Source of the DNA: Lama glama | Lineage: Eukaryota | Assembly: GCA_028534125.1 (NCBI GenBank) | Contig: CM052832.1 | Coordinates: forward strand, 24,554,001 to 24,618,000 | Direction: 5' to 3' | DNA length: 64,000 bases | Shown here: piece after piece, positions 48,753 to 62,385 of the stretch | Layout: every line of letters starts with the position of its first letter | Numbering within the stretch: position 1 is the first letter of the stretch | Notes under the pieces: generated by a model | Seen by the model: the letters and a program-made list of their open reading frames with translations, nothing else | What the model was told of the DNA's origin: nothing | The model's database searches: none | Translations under genes and position numbers: made by a program

Positions 48753-51700
48753 TCAGAAATCTTTTTGCATGATGTGATGAATGTAAGCACAGTCACTCAG
48801 CAGTTTATAGCCGCCCCTGTGTGTCCCTCCACCTTCCTCCCCAGGGTCAATGTACACAAGGTTGACCTCACACTGTCAACACTTCATGTGATTAATAGTG
48901 ACTGGGAAATTTATGCTTCCCCGAAGAGTTGTATGCACCTGCTGAGGTTACTTGGGGCCACAAAGGCTACTAATAATTGCAGCACTGCTTTGTTATGCTC
49001 TGTGCTTGTCTGTTAAGTCAGGTATGGTGGCTGAGGAGGGAGGGAAGAGTCCCCCAGGGTAACTGAGGGAGAAAGTCACGAAGAGTTACAACTCTCTGAT
49101 TTGGGCTCTATGCGTAAGATCATTCTTGAAAGTCGAAGAGAGAAAAGAAATCACACATTTGTACTTTTTAAAGTCAGTCCCCCATTTTTAGTAGCTAATT
49201 AAAGCCAGGACTCTTCTATTCTGGGCCAGAATCTCCATGGGATGTTTGTGAATATGTTATACGTGGGTTGCTTGGAGGTTTGGGTCTGTTTTATTCAATG
49301 CATGCATATTTTTTAAGTGTCCCTGAGATTTTGATCAGCCAACAAAATCCAGGAGTCTCTCTTCTAATATTCTAAGTCCTTTTCTGCTCCTGATTGTAGC
49401 GAAGAGGTCGGCTCATAGATACCAGAGCGAGAATTTAGCTGAGTGGGGGATTCAATTCATGTGGTATCGCTGTGTGATACAATGTCATTTCCTAGGAAAC
49501 TGCCAGTATCCGGCTCACCTCCAGGAGGACAAGTGGTCAGGAAGGTGGAGGTGGTGCTGGAACTGTTGTTTTGAGCTGGCAGACATGTCATGAAAACCCA
49601 TGACAGAGGTCCCCTTTCCAAATATCAACAAGGCCTCATAGGTAATAAAAGGACACCTGAGTTTTTTTTTTTAGTGTTGCTATTGGTCTGAGCAAGATAC
49701 AGCCACAAAAATAAACGTAATCCCTGATGCTGAGAAGAGGTCAGGAAGTCAGGGGAACAAACAGGTAAGCTAAAAATAATTTTTTTTCACACTGGTATAG
49801 ACGGCATGCTACATAGGGGAGACTGGACCCACTACAGGCAGGTGCGTGAAAGTAGATGTGATTAATATGTAGACACAGACAGAAGTAATTCAACATAAAT
49901 ATGGAGAAGCAGCAGGAGGCTTCTATGGCAGGAGGAAGGGAAGGAAAAGAAAGGGTAATTGTTAAACTTGAGGTCATTTCAGGTCGTTTGGACGCAGTAG
50001 GGCCCCCGTTGTCTTACCTAAACATGGCTTGTAAACAGCTTGCAAGTTTGAATGTGCTTTTGGACTCTATTCTGTGCTGTGAGTTGATTTGAATGGAAAA
50101 CAAGATGAAAAAGTAACATATTTTTTTCAAGAGAGTTTCGATATGATATTTTCTGCCACTAACGGATCTGGCTAAGGCCACGGGAAGTTAAGGCCCCACC
50201 GTGTCAGTTTGATGCTCCTCTAGTATAAAGCAGAAGAAGGAGGGACACTTTGAAAGCCAGTAGTGCAGTTTGAGTCCCCCTTGTTCTACTCTTTAAAAGA
50301 AAAAATCAGTGCTGATTTACACAACACATCTGTTTTCCATCCACGCCGTGCACACTTCTCTCTTTAACACCATGATGCTGGAAAGATTCGGACTGTAATC
50401 ATCAGTCGTGCCTCCTGTCCCCACTTCTGGCCTGGAGACAAGGCACCAGGTCATATGCTACTTCATATGCCACAACCCTCTTGTTCTACCTGGTCCGTAC
50501 AGTGTTTGTTGAATAATTTAAATGAATGGGTCACTTTCTAATTAATAATGGGGCATAAGTAGGAGGTTACGTTCATGAACAGTGTGGCCCTTGTGCGCTG
50601 CCACAGCTTTCTACTGGGCTATTGGGGGAAAACCGTGCTTTTGTCTTAGAGCCTAAAACATATCCAGAACTTTGGCATGAAAGCATTTCAAAATGATGCC
50701 TCACACTTCATCAAACACAAGGAATTCAGTTTGGGGAGTTATTTTTTGTCAATGAGGTATTCCTGATAGTCTGACTTCAGTTTTATCAGCTACCCAAGTA
50801 CCAGTGTTGAGTGTAATTAAAATACCAGAAGGTCTTCAGTCATCATTCGAGACCCACCTTTAGTAGACGCTAGGTGGTGACTTAGTACTGGACAATTGTA
50901 AGCTCTAAGCTTGGAAATTAAAGCCAGTGCCTGATGCTGAAATGCATTGTCTCATAATCAAAATGATTTCTAGGGCCTGCTTAATGTGGATGCCCCAGGA
51001 AATACCCACAGATGTGGCCGTATCCATTTGGGACTGTCTTTCAGTCACTTAACAGAAAGATTTCACCCGATGTCACGGCCCCGTATTTATCAGTTCTCTC
51101 TGGTTCCGACAGCTACCCCAGCAGGCCCGCCAGGTGCATCATGTCACCCTTTACCTAGGGTGAGATGAAATGCTTCCAGACTCACTCCTGCCTCCACTCC
51201 CCACCCTAAGTCAATCCAAGAGACAAGCTAGAATGGAAAGAGGAGGGGTTACAAGGAGGGAAAAAAGTGGATCAAATTTGAGAATGCAGTGAAAACAAGC
51301 TAATTTTAAATGGTAGGGGGTGGAAACACTGCCCCTGGTTTTGCTTCACTTTACAAATCTCAGAAGGAACTCCATTCTCTGCGTGGAGGAAAAGCCTTGC
51401 CTCCTCCTGTGGTTAGACCAACCCTGCTGAACAGATCGATTCATATCAAAGAGCATCAGCTTTTGCTTATTTAAACCCTGGCTTAAGTCCCACTTCATAC
51501 GTTGTTTACTCTTAGCAGAACCTTGAATTGACCCCTGATTTTGGTGTGTGTCTTTCAGCGGCACCTCAGGCACCAGAAGAGCCCAGTCAGCAAATATTAC
51601 TAAACACTCAGGATTATCATGAGACACGATACTTAGCACATCATGGAATTCATCTGTGTAGCAGGTAGCACGCGTGGCAGGCACTGTGCCACAGCATTAG

Positions 51701-52009
51701 GGTTGGGGAAAAGGAAAGACGTTTGCTTACACCGTCTGGGATGTTAGGGTCTAGAGATGTTCTGTGTCTCTCCACTTGTAATTCTGAAACTGAACAGCCA
51801 ACTGACATCTAGTAAGCATCCATTTTTTTTCCAGAAAAACTCTGTTAGGGATGAGATAATGTAGTAAGGGGAAATGAGACAAACAGGCAGGGGTGGGATG
51901 GAAATGGGGGGGGGGTATAGTTACAAAGGAGCTACTCACGTACATGTCATACAGCTCCGTGCTTGCACCTATGAATCATCTCATTTAATCAGATTTTATC
52001 ATGGCGTCT

Positions 52010-52092
52010 AGGGGAGTGCTTTCTCAAATGAGATGTTCCTTATAAGGCACTGGCATGTAGGAAGTGCCTTACAGATATTAGCTATTATTATT
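52010..52092 (+). mobile_element. MIR 3' fragment
   Basis: tcaaatgagat...ctggcatgtaggaagtgccttacagatattagctattattatt. Confidence 0.55.
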
Positions 52093-54559
52093 CCTACTTC
52101 TTGTTGGTACATTGTAGGCTCTGCAAAAAGCCTTGTTAAATGAGTGGATAGAGAATGAAACTGAGTGCTGGAATTTAAGCCTCTACATAAACTGAGCATA
52201 ATATCTGTATGAATAGAGAACCTTGTATAGTATGAATGAGAGTAAAATTTTCTCATTATATCTTGACAAAAATGATCTGAAATCTTAGCTTAACTGCAGA
52301 GGCTTCAATCGTGTTTCTCTGCCCAACATCAGCTTCTATTTACAAAGAAATGACAGCAGCATCTCCTTGGTGCTTCTGGCAGGAAGAGGAGAGGGACCAG
52401 ACAGGAATGAAGTGACGGTGGTGATGGAGGCCAAGGCAGTGAGAGGGAGGGTGGGGACCAGCACCAGTGTGGGAGAGTGTGAGTCTGTGAAGACAGGGCT
52501 AACAAGCAGACACTGGAGTGACTTCCCTGGAATGTCTCCCAATGCCAGCTCTTGTCTTTTTTCTGAAGTGCCCAGATGAGAACAAGCCTCTTGCTTTAGG
52601 GGCGCAGTGCTCCGGAAGATTGTAAATAGCTTCGAGAGCCGGGCCTTCAATGCGATCCACTCAGGAGAATTAGCTGGGTGGGTGTGTATGGGTCGAGGGG
52701 AAGGCAGGGGAGGCAGGAATGGCCTCCATTGTCTCTGATTTGTGCTTTGGTTTGAAGCAAACTTCAGCAGTCCCACAGGGCACTGGGTCCTGAAGTTCTG
52801 CTGATAGGACGCGGCACAAGAAGATTGACTCAGCCAGCTGATTAGCGGGAACTAAGGCCATCCACGCCAGATCAGGCAATTCAGGTAAAGGAATCTGTGA
52901 CATTTTCTAGAGTCACCCAAATTCACCAGGTAATCACGCAGTGTGATACGACATTCTTGCGGCTGGGTACACAGGGCCTCAAAAAGGTGAAACTCCTTAA
53001 CTTCACGATTCTCAGGGTCCACAAATATTGACCGTTTAGGATCAGAAGGTCCTCACTCAAGGTTGGCCTCACAGGAAAATCAAGTGCAAGGATTCCTTTA
53101 AGGGGTTCAAAACTGACAACTGAATTGTGGGTCCGACATAAAGACAACTAGAAGGATGTCAGGGAAAGGAGACGTTTGAGAAGACAGAGGACAGTGGAAT
53201 CTTCTGGGAGTAAACTTCATCAGTGAACACTGAAAAAAAAAATCTGCAAGTTAAAGTTGAGAGTCATTTTGTTTATACCCTCAATGCTGCAATGTCCTTT
53301 TTGTTCATTTGTTTATACGAGTTTTAGGGGCCAGTTACATTTTTAGCATACAATCCACATTCACTTCCAGAAATTTCCTCAAGGCTCTGGAAAAGGGGAT
53401 AAAAGGCATATTTTAAAAGGTGGGTGTGTATGTGCAAAATATGTTTGTTTTAAAGAGATCTTAAATACTGTCGAAATAATTAGCCTTGTGCACGAACCAA
53501 AGTAATTAATACCAAATGGTACAGTATCCTTTTTGAATCCTGTTTCATAACAGAACTTGAATGAAACATTAAGTTCTGTCTTCTCTCTTTTTCCCCCGTC
53601 TTACTCCGGATTTTGTACTAATCACAGTTGGCCTCTTGACTATGAAGTTAATGTCCCTGGATAGAGACGTCCTCCTCACTCATTCTTCTGCCTTTCAGTT
53701 GCTTCATGTCTTTGGGCATTAGGCTGCTTGCTTTCCATAAGGGCCCAGAGAAATATTAACTACTGAGCATTTTAATTACCTAAAATAAGTCAGTTGCCTG
53801 TTGTAAATGTGCAACAACATTAACGAAGCTGCTAGCTACACGCTACTTCCTGGGACTTACTTAGAACAAGGAAAGACCTTCTCACTTGCTGGATTCAAAC
53901 TTCTTACCTTGGTGGGTTGTTCCATCATAAATTGACTATAGTCAATTTTCCTGTAGTTTTCGACTATAGGAAAAGACTCGTGATCTGTTGGGGTGATGGA
54001 GACAGGGTTAAGTATTGGGAGTCGGGTGTTGGCGTGTGGTCTCCACTGTGTCTCTTCAGACATAAACCTACAAGAACACGTTACTCGTAATGCTCTGCAT
54101 TACCTCACATGGAGTTGGAGTTGAGACAGGCTAAAGGGCTCCCATGAATGAGCCCTGGGCTTAAAAACCAGTTGAAAAGGGAGCAAGCCACAAGAACAGT
54201 GTTTTCCAAGAGGTTTACTTCCCTTGAATTGAAACATAGTTATGTTCCCTGGCTCTCAGGGCACCTGTACAAAGCCCATCTGTTTATTCAAGCACTTGCT
54301 TGATGATGTGGGAGGCTCAGCCAGTGTCATCCCTGGCATGAGATTTCCAAGCTCTGAGGACGTTATTTAAGGACGTTATTGCCCATTGACATATGTAAAT
54401 TTAAAATAAGATAATCGATAATGCAAATTTAGCCATAGAATCTAGGAGCTAGAAAATATGTTAAGTGTCACCTAGTCCGTATATCCATTCCCTTCCTTTA
54501 AAGTAGGACGATAAAGCTGTTCTCTTTGAAGTCACCTGTGGTCATACAGTTTAATCCAG

Positions 54560-54642
54560 CCCTCATTAACCCAGATTCTGAATCAGTATCTTTTAGAAGC
54601 TACCAGTGCTTCTGATGTTCAGTGTGGCTTGAGAACCACTGG
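54560..54642. mobile_element. MER5-group fragment
   Basis: ttctgaatcag...ttctgatgttcagtgtggcttgagaaccactgg. Confidence 0.5.
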
Positions 54643-54660
54643 TCTAATCAATGGCTTCTT

Positions 54661-55522
54661 TTTGTTTTAATTGAAGTATAGTTGACTTACAATGTTGTGT
54701 TATTTTCTGGTGTACAGCAGAGTGATTCAGTTATACATATATATTTTTTCATTATAGGTTATTACAAGCTATTGAATAGAGTTCTCTGTGGTATACAGTA
54801 GGACCTTATTGTTTATCTATTCTGTATATAGTAGTTTGTATCTGCTAATCCCAAATACCTAATTTATCCCTCCCCTTCCTTTCCCCTTTGGTAACTGTAA
54901 GTTTGTTTTCTATGTCTATGAGTCTGTTTCTGTTTTGTGAAAAAGTTCATTGGTGTCATTTTTTTTTAAATTCTACATATAAGTGATATCATATGATAAT
55001 TTCTTTCTCTGTCTGACTTGCTTTACTTAGTATGATAATCTCTAGGTCCATTCATGCTGCTGCTGGTGGCATTATTTCATACTTCTTTATGGCTGAGTAG
55101 TATTCCATTGTATAAATATACCATGTCTTTATCCAGTCATCAGTCAATGGACATTTAGGTTGCTTCCATGTCTTAGATGTTGTAAATAGTGCTGCTGTGA
55201 ACACTGAGGGGCATGTATCTTTTTAAATTAGAGTTGCCTCTGGATATATGGCCATGAGTGGGATTGCTGGATCATATGGTAAGCCTATTTTTAGTTTTTA
55301 AAGAAACCTCCATACTGTTTTCCATAGCGGCTGCACCAATATACACTCCTACCAGCACTGTAGGCAGGCTCCCTCTTCTCCACACCCTCTCCAGCACTTA
55401 CTGTTTGTGGACTTTTTAATGATAGCCATTCTGACTAGTGTGAGGTGATACCTCATTGTAGTTTTGATTTGCATTTCTCTGATAATCAGCAATGTTGAGC
55501 ACCTTTTCATGTTTCTGTTGGC
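54661..55522 (-). mobile_element. 5'-truncated L1: disrupted ORF2 C-terminus plus 3' UTR
   Basis: Minus strand from 55522 translates [86 protein letters not shown] (L1 ORF2 Cys-rich domain with two stops); 3' end ttaattgaagtatagttga. Confidence 0.95.
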
Positions 55523-55559
55523 TCAGTGGCCTTCCTTAGTTTGTGTCTGACTCAGTTTC

Positions 55560-56030
55560 TCTGCTACAGCTAACGTAGCTGATGTCTTTGTGTTCTTCCA
55601 CCTTCTTAACTACTGTCCCTCTCTTTAACCAGAGTTAGGTGTTTGCTCTCCCTTCTTACTGTCCTTCAGTATCTCTCCCAGCCTCAACTTCCCTCCTGCG
55701 ATATTAATTAGGACTGCTTCTGAAATCCTGATCCCTTCTCCTGCTCTCTATTCTCCCAGGCGAGTGACATGTGTCCGTCTTGGAGCCATGTAAATGAGTC
55801 TTAAACTGATTATCCTCTCCTCCTCCAGAATAGCATCCTTCCCATTCCATTCATCTGATAGCAGTGGTACCCTTCTTATTCCCAGCTGAGCACTCTTGAT
55901 TCCTTTGGCTTAATCCAGCTTAATTCAGTCAATCACTAAGCCTTGCTAATTATCCTTACCTGTCTTCCACACTCACCGTTCCTACTGTAGCCTAGACCCT
56001 AGAAACCTGCACGGATTTGACAGCAGCCTT
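55560..56030 (+). mobile_element. L2 fragment
   Basis: Pyrimidine-rich; tcttaaactga...ctcttgattcct...cagtcaatcactaagcc...ctactgtagcctag...cagcagcct. Confidence 0.5.
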
Positions 56031-58529
56031 GTGCACAGGGAGCTGGGCATGGAGTGAAATGCATGATGGAGTAGGGGTTGGAGGGACTGAATCCTGGTCC
56101 TGATTCTGCATTTTGTTAAAACACACCACATGCTCTCTAACCCTGACCATCCCCATCAGGTCTCTGGGTCTCAGTTTTGCCACCTAAAGGGTAAGAAGTT
56201 ATGTTTTATAAATGGAATAACTATAAATAAATATAAACCTATATGGAGTTTGTATAAATTCCACATGGCTTTGGGTTTCTTGGCTTTAGGCTGAAACCAG
56301 CGTTTGAGGATGCTGATGAAAAAGATAAAAGATGGTGTTACAGTCCATTTCACAGTCACACACAATACTTTGTATTAGTCGATTCCGTGATTCCTGCCTT
56401 CTCAATCTAGAACTCCAAAGTAGCCACACTTGATGCATGTATTTTTGCTTCTTTCTTAGTTTTCTTCCTGAATATGATCAAAATTTTGTTTGTTCAAGTT
56501 TATCTTCCCCAAAAATGTTTGACAGATAACCTAAATTAAAAGTGAGCTGGCTGTCTTTGAGCTACTGTTTGAAGAGAAACCTGGCTCACGTGAAGTTTGT
56601 ACATAGTTAGTATGCTGGGACTTTTTTTTTAAATCAGGTAATCTGGGGTGATCTGCATAAATTATGTGCCTCCCCGTGAAGAATGTCAGGCAGCTCTCCC
56701 GGCGTCATCTCATTTTTTCCTGATGATTCTTTGGTTTCAGGACAGTTCACGTTGGTCTCGGTAGTTTATACGAAATAAGAAACTGAGGCATTGTAATGTC
56801 ATCCACCTCCCTGCCAAGGAAAATTGTAAAGCAGTATGGGGAAAACACCAACAGTCATTTGGCCCTTGACTGTGGATTCTGAAAAATGTGTTCACTGAAG
56901 GGCAAAATACACTCCTATTCCCAGAGCCCTGCCAACAGCAAAGAGATGATGCTTGGAATTAAATACAGCCCTGCTTTAGTTCACCTTAGCTATGAAACTT
57001 GAGAGAAGAGTGGAAACTTTTTTCCACTGAAGGTCAAATTAGGTCAGAAAAACATTTATGTTGAAACTTCGAAGGCAAGAGGGTGAGTGGGGAAGAAGTA
57101 AAAATTCCGTGACCTGGTCCGTTGTTTCATTCCTGATTCTTTTGTCCAAAAGTGGACACTGTGGGCAGGAAGCATAGAGGGAGGAGGGGCATCACTTCTT
57201 GGGTGTCTCCCGTGTCTCCAGAGGTAAGAAATCCAGGCACTTGCTTTATGTGCTGTGTCTAACTTGCACAGATGTAAGCACGGGAACATATGAGGCCACG
57301 TACCCAAATCAGTTATTTTGGTGGTCAGTGATGTCAGACCCCTCAGAAGGAGAAATGGAGAGCGGTCCCAAGGACGGAATGAGCCCGTTCAGTGGCCAGC
57401 CCAGAGTCAGCCCTTCATCCACTCTTTTTAGGGAGTGGTGTTTGGAGCCATTGATGCTTGTAGTCACGGGGGGAGGCAGGAGGGGCGGCTCCAGGCTCCA
57501 GTCTAAAGGATGGGTGATGATTCATGGAGCGGAAAGGGAAAAGGCATGCCTTTCTCGTGGAGTGAGCCTTCTCTACCCTACCAAGCTCATCCATCAGGGT
57601 TGAAACTGCTCTATTTTGTTTCTTAACCTAGAAGAGCCAGCTAAGAATGTGGTAGACAGTCACCTGTCACTGGGAGTAAGTGTTCTCAGCACTGAGGAAA
57701 ATGGCAGGAGGCAGTGAAGCATCCCTGCAGTTGTCCACACAATCGGATGACCCTTACGTGGCGCCCCTGAGTCAGGGGCTCCGTGCACAAGGTCGTGTGG
57801 AAGGACAGTAGCATCCGTGGGCGACACAGTTGGCTGGATTCTGCTCTGAGCCGCAGGAAGCAAGAGCAGGCCTCGGTCAGGCCAGGGACCTTCCGTCTAT
57901 TTTGCGCAGTGCGTTGGAGGCAGCCAAACACTCTACACTGCAGGGGTCTTCATTGAAATAAACATCCCTCCACCAACGGGAGAAAGAGGAAGGACGTGTC
58001 TGACGGGATTTGGAGACTCGGGGTGGGCTGACCTCAGGACACAGGAGCACGGAGCTGTCGGGACCTGGCAGCAGGGTCCCCTGTTAGTTTCAGCCTGGCT
58101 GGCTGTGCTTCTGACCGTAAGATGTAAGGGACGTGGCCATTGCTGCACCTAGCTTCCTGCTCATAAGAGAACTGGGGGCCTGACATGAGTGGGGGAGTAT
58201 TTCCTGTCCCTGTCACAGCCCAGACAGCACCAGGCTCCAGCCAGCCTTTCCTCTTGACCCAGAGGCTGGCCTCTGAGCAACGCGGGGCTCCTTTCAGAGT
58301 TCTGTGCCCCAAGATCATAGAAAATCACACTGTCCTCTAAACATCTCAAAAAAAAAAATAGATTTTTTTTTTTTCCTGGAAAAAGCGTGGTTGAATGAAG
58401 GCAAATTCCGTATGGGCCGATGAATCAGCTTGGAGCTCAGTATATTCATAGATTGTTCTGGAACTCAGCATTTCATTTGCATTTTTCTGTAGCTGGAATG
58501 TGTGTAGGCTTTGGAAACAGTGCTTCTGG

Positions 58530-58635
58530 CTTCACTGGGGAGTGCCTGCTTTATGTCAGGCCCCGTCCTAGGTGCTGGGGTGGGGCATACGTAAATGAGT
58601 GTGTTCCTCCCTCAGGGAACCGCGGGCCTGTGTGG
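58530..58635 (-). mobile_element. L2 3' tail
   Basis: gagtgcctgctttatgtcaggccccgtcctaggtgctgggg...tcctccctcagggaac. Confidence 0.55.
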
Positions 58636-58644
58636 TGATTCCCT

Positions 58645-58980
58645 GCCTCAGCTAAGATTCTGGACGCCTGGTCCCACCCTAGGCTTTAGGACATGGTGGG
58701 CTGGGGTGTGGCCTGACCAGCAGGACTTTAAAAAAAAAATCTCCCCAGATGTTTCTAACATGCTGCCGATGGGTCTGGGATAGTAGATTCCCCAGCGTAG
58801 CTGCCGGTCAGAATCACCAGCGGAGTTTTTAAACACGTAGGTTTCCTGGGGCCCAGCACGGATCTGCTGAGTCTGGGAAAACAACAAGGAATGAATGTTC
58901 TTAGAGTCATAAGGGTTTCTCATAACCCACCTGGGGGCTCTCCATGTAATGTACTCGGGCACAATTGTGATCTAGAAACT
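58645..58980. mobile_element. Two adjacent MER5-group fragments
   Basis: gcctggtcccaccc...ctggggtgtggcctga...ctccccagatgtttctaacatgc, then tcagaatcaccagcggagtttttaaa...ttcctggggccc. Confidence 0.55.
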
Positions 58981-60429
58981 GTAATGCTTCTAGCAGTTTT
59001 AATTCCTTTATTCTCATGAACAAAGCCACTTTCCCTCGTCTGGGTAGCCGCCAAGTGTATTCGTAGTCGTTTTTAGTGAGAATTTCCCAGTGCTCGAGGG
59101 CTGCCGACCCGCCAGCCGCTCGCCTGATTCTCCGAGCTCTTTTCCCGACCACGTTTCTGTCTGGGAACTTGTCTGCTGCCTTGTTAAGATAGAATGCCTT
59201 TCTTGTGGGGTATTTTCCTGGATCCCCACATCTAGAGATGCCTACTGCCGCCTCCATTGCTGCAGCCTGATAGTAACTTTCCCATTGTGCTGCTGCTGAA
59301 CCACAAAGCAGGTTTTCGGGCTGTGTCTGGCTCTGGTCATTGATTCTAAAGGTCTCCCACCATCCTGAGATCCATTCAACATGAAATGATCCAGGCAGTC
59401 AGTGGAGGGGAGCTTGTATATCCAGGCGTTGAATTAGCGCATCTTCCACACCGTCCTAGAGGAAAGTTTCAAATCAGCTGTGAAGTAGGAAACAAACCCC
59501 ACCCGTCTAAAGCGTTACCTGCGCCTGGCTGTTCGTGGCTGGCGTGAGCCTCCCTGGCTGGTCCCTTTCTGATCTCCTGTTGAGAGCTTTCTGTGAGGGT
59601 CTCGGGAGCTAATAGTATATTTTACTAAATAGGCTTATGATGGGTTCATCCCATCGTTTACCTCGGAAACGTTATTAATTGACTCAGTCACTGCTTTCCT
59701 GCTGGTTTTCACCATCCCATCCACCACCCCTGTGACTTAACCACAGCAGAACGGAAGCAGACTGGAGATTATTCAAACATATAGACGGAGAAAGATCCCG
59801 GTTTTTGAGACATGTTCTTATGAAAAAAAAGTAAGAATATATCAGAGATGAAGATCATATTGTCTCAAAACGAAGGGGTGCATTTTCCTACGTAACATTA
59901 AGTCATTTTTCTAATGGAAGCCTCTTTTTGTTTGCATTTTTGTTTACTTTAGGAAAAGCCTAACTCATTTATTCTGAGACATTGTCTCATACTGAAATAA
60001 AGGCCTTTTCTCCCACATCCCAATCTAAAGTCCACTCTGGAAGAGCCGGAAGCAGGCGGCCCTCGGCACGCACCTGGGAGCGTTTGGAGCGCACATCGTG
60101 AAGTCAGGGATGAGGGTGGATGGGAGCCGAAAACCCTGACATGGGGCCCACTTCCCTTCACTCAGTTGGGACCACGTTATAAGGGAAACTTATTGACCCT
60201 CCATACTTCCGACTGAAGCAGAACTAGAAAAATCAATTGGGAAAAATAATAGATTTCCTAGAAGAACAGCAGCAAAACTCAAAATGAAAATACCACGTCA
60301 GCAAAGAATGCAAATGCTGACTCTGTTGACAGAATTAGCGTGTACTGACCATCATCTTTTCGTAAATATGAGGGGAAACGAAATTAATGTGGATATGGTT
60401 CCTACTGAATTCAAGGAGCCTTTTTTTTT

Positions 60430-60600
60430 TTCTTTTAGCTAACATTGAGTGCATACGCTGTGCTAACATACATGATCTCATTTTATGGTCATCCAAACCC
60501 AGCAGGGTGGATATTTTAAAACGAGGAAGCAGAGGTTTGAATTAAGTAACCTGATGTGACTCAGAGTCCCTACCCTATGTACTCGTATTAGCTGTAACAC
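60430..60600 (-). mobile_element. MIR SINE
   Basis: agctaacattgagtgc...atctcatttta...gaggaagcagaggt...attaagtaacctg. Confidence 0.65.
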
Positions 60601-60979
60601 AGATGCAGAAGCCGAAGGCAAAAGCTGGCCCTTTGGGGGGAAGGCGTGGCCAAATTCCTTACTCCATGGTGGGATGGGGCAAAAGGGGACAGCTGTGAGG
60701 CTTCTTCGCTGGTGGTTGAGATGTTTTGGAAGAGAGATTGACACCCGCAGGGGAGTAGCTGGATGCAGCAGTTCAGTGGGAGGGAGGCATCGGATCGATG
60801 CTCTGCCTTTAGCCCTGGGAAAACGGCACAGAACAGCGACGCCAGGGTGGATCCAGGGTAGATGCTGGTTCAAGAAGGGTAATAAGGGGAGGCTGGAGCA
60901 GCTTCGTGAAGATTCCCGACAGGCAGTTGAAGCTGAGACTGACATTCGGGGAAGAGAACAAATTTGGATGTTTAGTGAT

Positions 60980-61165
60980 AAACATCACCCTTTCTCACAT
61001 ACATCCTCTTACTTCATCTCACGGCAGTCTCTTGAAAATATCATCATCATCCTTCACACGTTACAGATGAGGGAACTGAGGTTCAGCCGGGTTAACTGTC
61101 TTCCAAGGCCACGGCGCTAGTAAAGAAAATGAGCTTTGCTGTCAGCGGGGCACCGACTCCCTTTC
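60980..61165 (-). mobile_element. MIR SINE
   Basis: ttacagatgagggaactgaggttcagccgggttaactgtcttccaaggccac...ctagtaa. Confidence 0.8.
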
Positions 61166-61298
61166 TTTGCATTTCTGTGTGTCCATGTGACATCTTCTTG
61201 CTGATCGATGTAGGTTAGTCAGTGAATGCTGCCAGCCTACAGCAGCAGCATTTGTTGTCTCTCACTTGCTCTTAGGGTCTTAAAGAAAATAGCTGGCC

Positions 61299-61343
61299 TT
61301 TTTTCTTTTTTTCTTTCTTTCTTTTTTTTTTTTTTTTTTTTTT
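61299..61343. repeat. T-rich tract ending in T22
   Basis: Directly visible. Confidence 0.9.
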
Positions 61344-61914
61344 GGTGCGTTTCTAGTGTTGTGTGATTCTCATGAGGGGGCGGGATTCTAAAGAGGTTAA
61401 ACAGGAAAGGGATTGATTTAATTTGTAATGAGTAATTGTGTCTAAAATGTGTACCATGCTCTGTGTTCCAATAAGCCAGAGAGCTTCTATTTATACTGCA
61501 GGAAGAAACAGCAGATAAGACAAACAACCCCAAATTTAAAACATGAGTGCATTTGAATTTTAGTTTCAAATGTAGACGCGACAGACCATTTGTCCCACAG
61601 ACAAAGCTTTAGTCCGGCCAGGGGGGAAGAGCTATCAGTGCACTGGTATGGATTATTTTCTAGAAGTTTTAGAGACTTAGTGAACTTTCTGAACTGCCTG
61701 GACTTGAAATCCCTCATTAACAGAGGAGAGTCTCTCTTGTAATTAGAGACTGTTTCAGCCGGCATCTTTGCTGCAATTGACTGGCACATGTGTTGCGTGA
61801 AGTGACCTGGGAAAGAACTCAAGAGAGGAAAAGTGTGTAATTTTAATACAGATGAAAACACGACCCAAGTGAAGGAGGTGGGGAGGAGGGCCCTTCTCAA
61901 GAGGGGATGGTAAC

Positions 61915-62120
61915 GTGAGCCCGGTGTTTGCAGGCGGTGCACTGGACCAGGCCCTGGTCTACTTCTCTGAATGTGTGACTCACAGCAAGCCCATGTGGGC
62001 TGAGCACTGGTATAATTCCCACCTTAGAGATAAGGAAACTGAGGCACAGCCGGTGGGTGAAGGAGCCAGGGCTCCAACTCTGGCAATTAGGATCCCAAGC
62101 CTGTGCCCGCAACGGCCACG
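61915..62120 (-). mobile_element. MIR SINE
   Basis: ctcacagcaagccc...attcccaccttagagataaggaaactgaggcacag. Confidence 0.7.
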
Positions 62121-62204
62121 ATAGGAGGTCATTTGATGCGTGGGAGCAGGTCACTGCTTGGGGAAACTTCCTTTGAGGTTCTCCAGCCTGCGTGCTAGAG
62201 AATG

Positions 62205-62385
62205 CAATTCCCTAACAACCCCGTGAAACAGAGCTCACTGTCGCCTCCGTTTTCTTGAAGAGGAAACCAAAGCTTCGCAAGTTGAATGCCTTCCCTAAAG
62301 TCACCAGTCACCGAATGCCAAAAGCCAGAAGTCTAGCCCAGGTTGACTCTGTGACGTCAGAGTCAACCATCTGCTGACCGCCCGG
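62205..62385 (-). mobile_element. MIR SINE
   Basis: cctaacaaccccgtgaa...gaggaaaccaaagct...cctaaagtcac...tctagcccagg. Confidence 0.7.

Noticed and set aside
58907..59257. Protein-like minus-strand 116-aa ORF
   Set aside because: No recognisable family, and it ends within a MER5-group fragment
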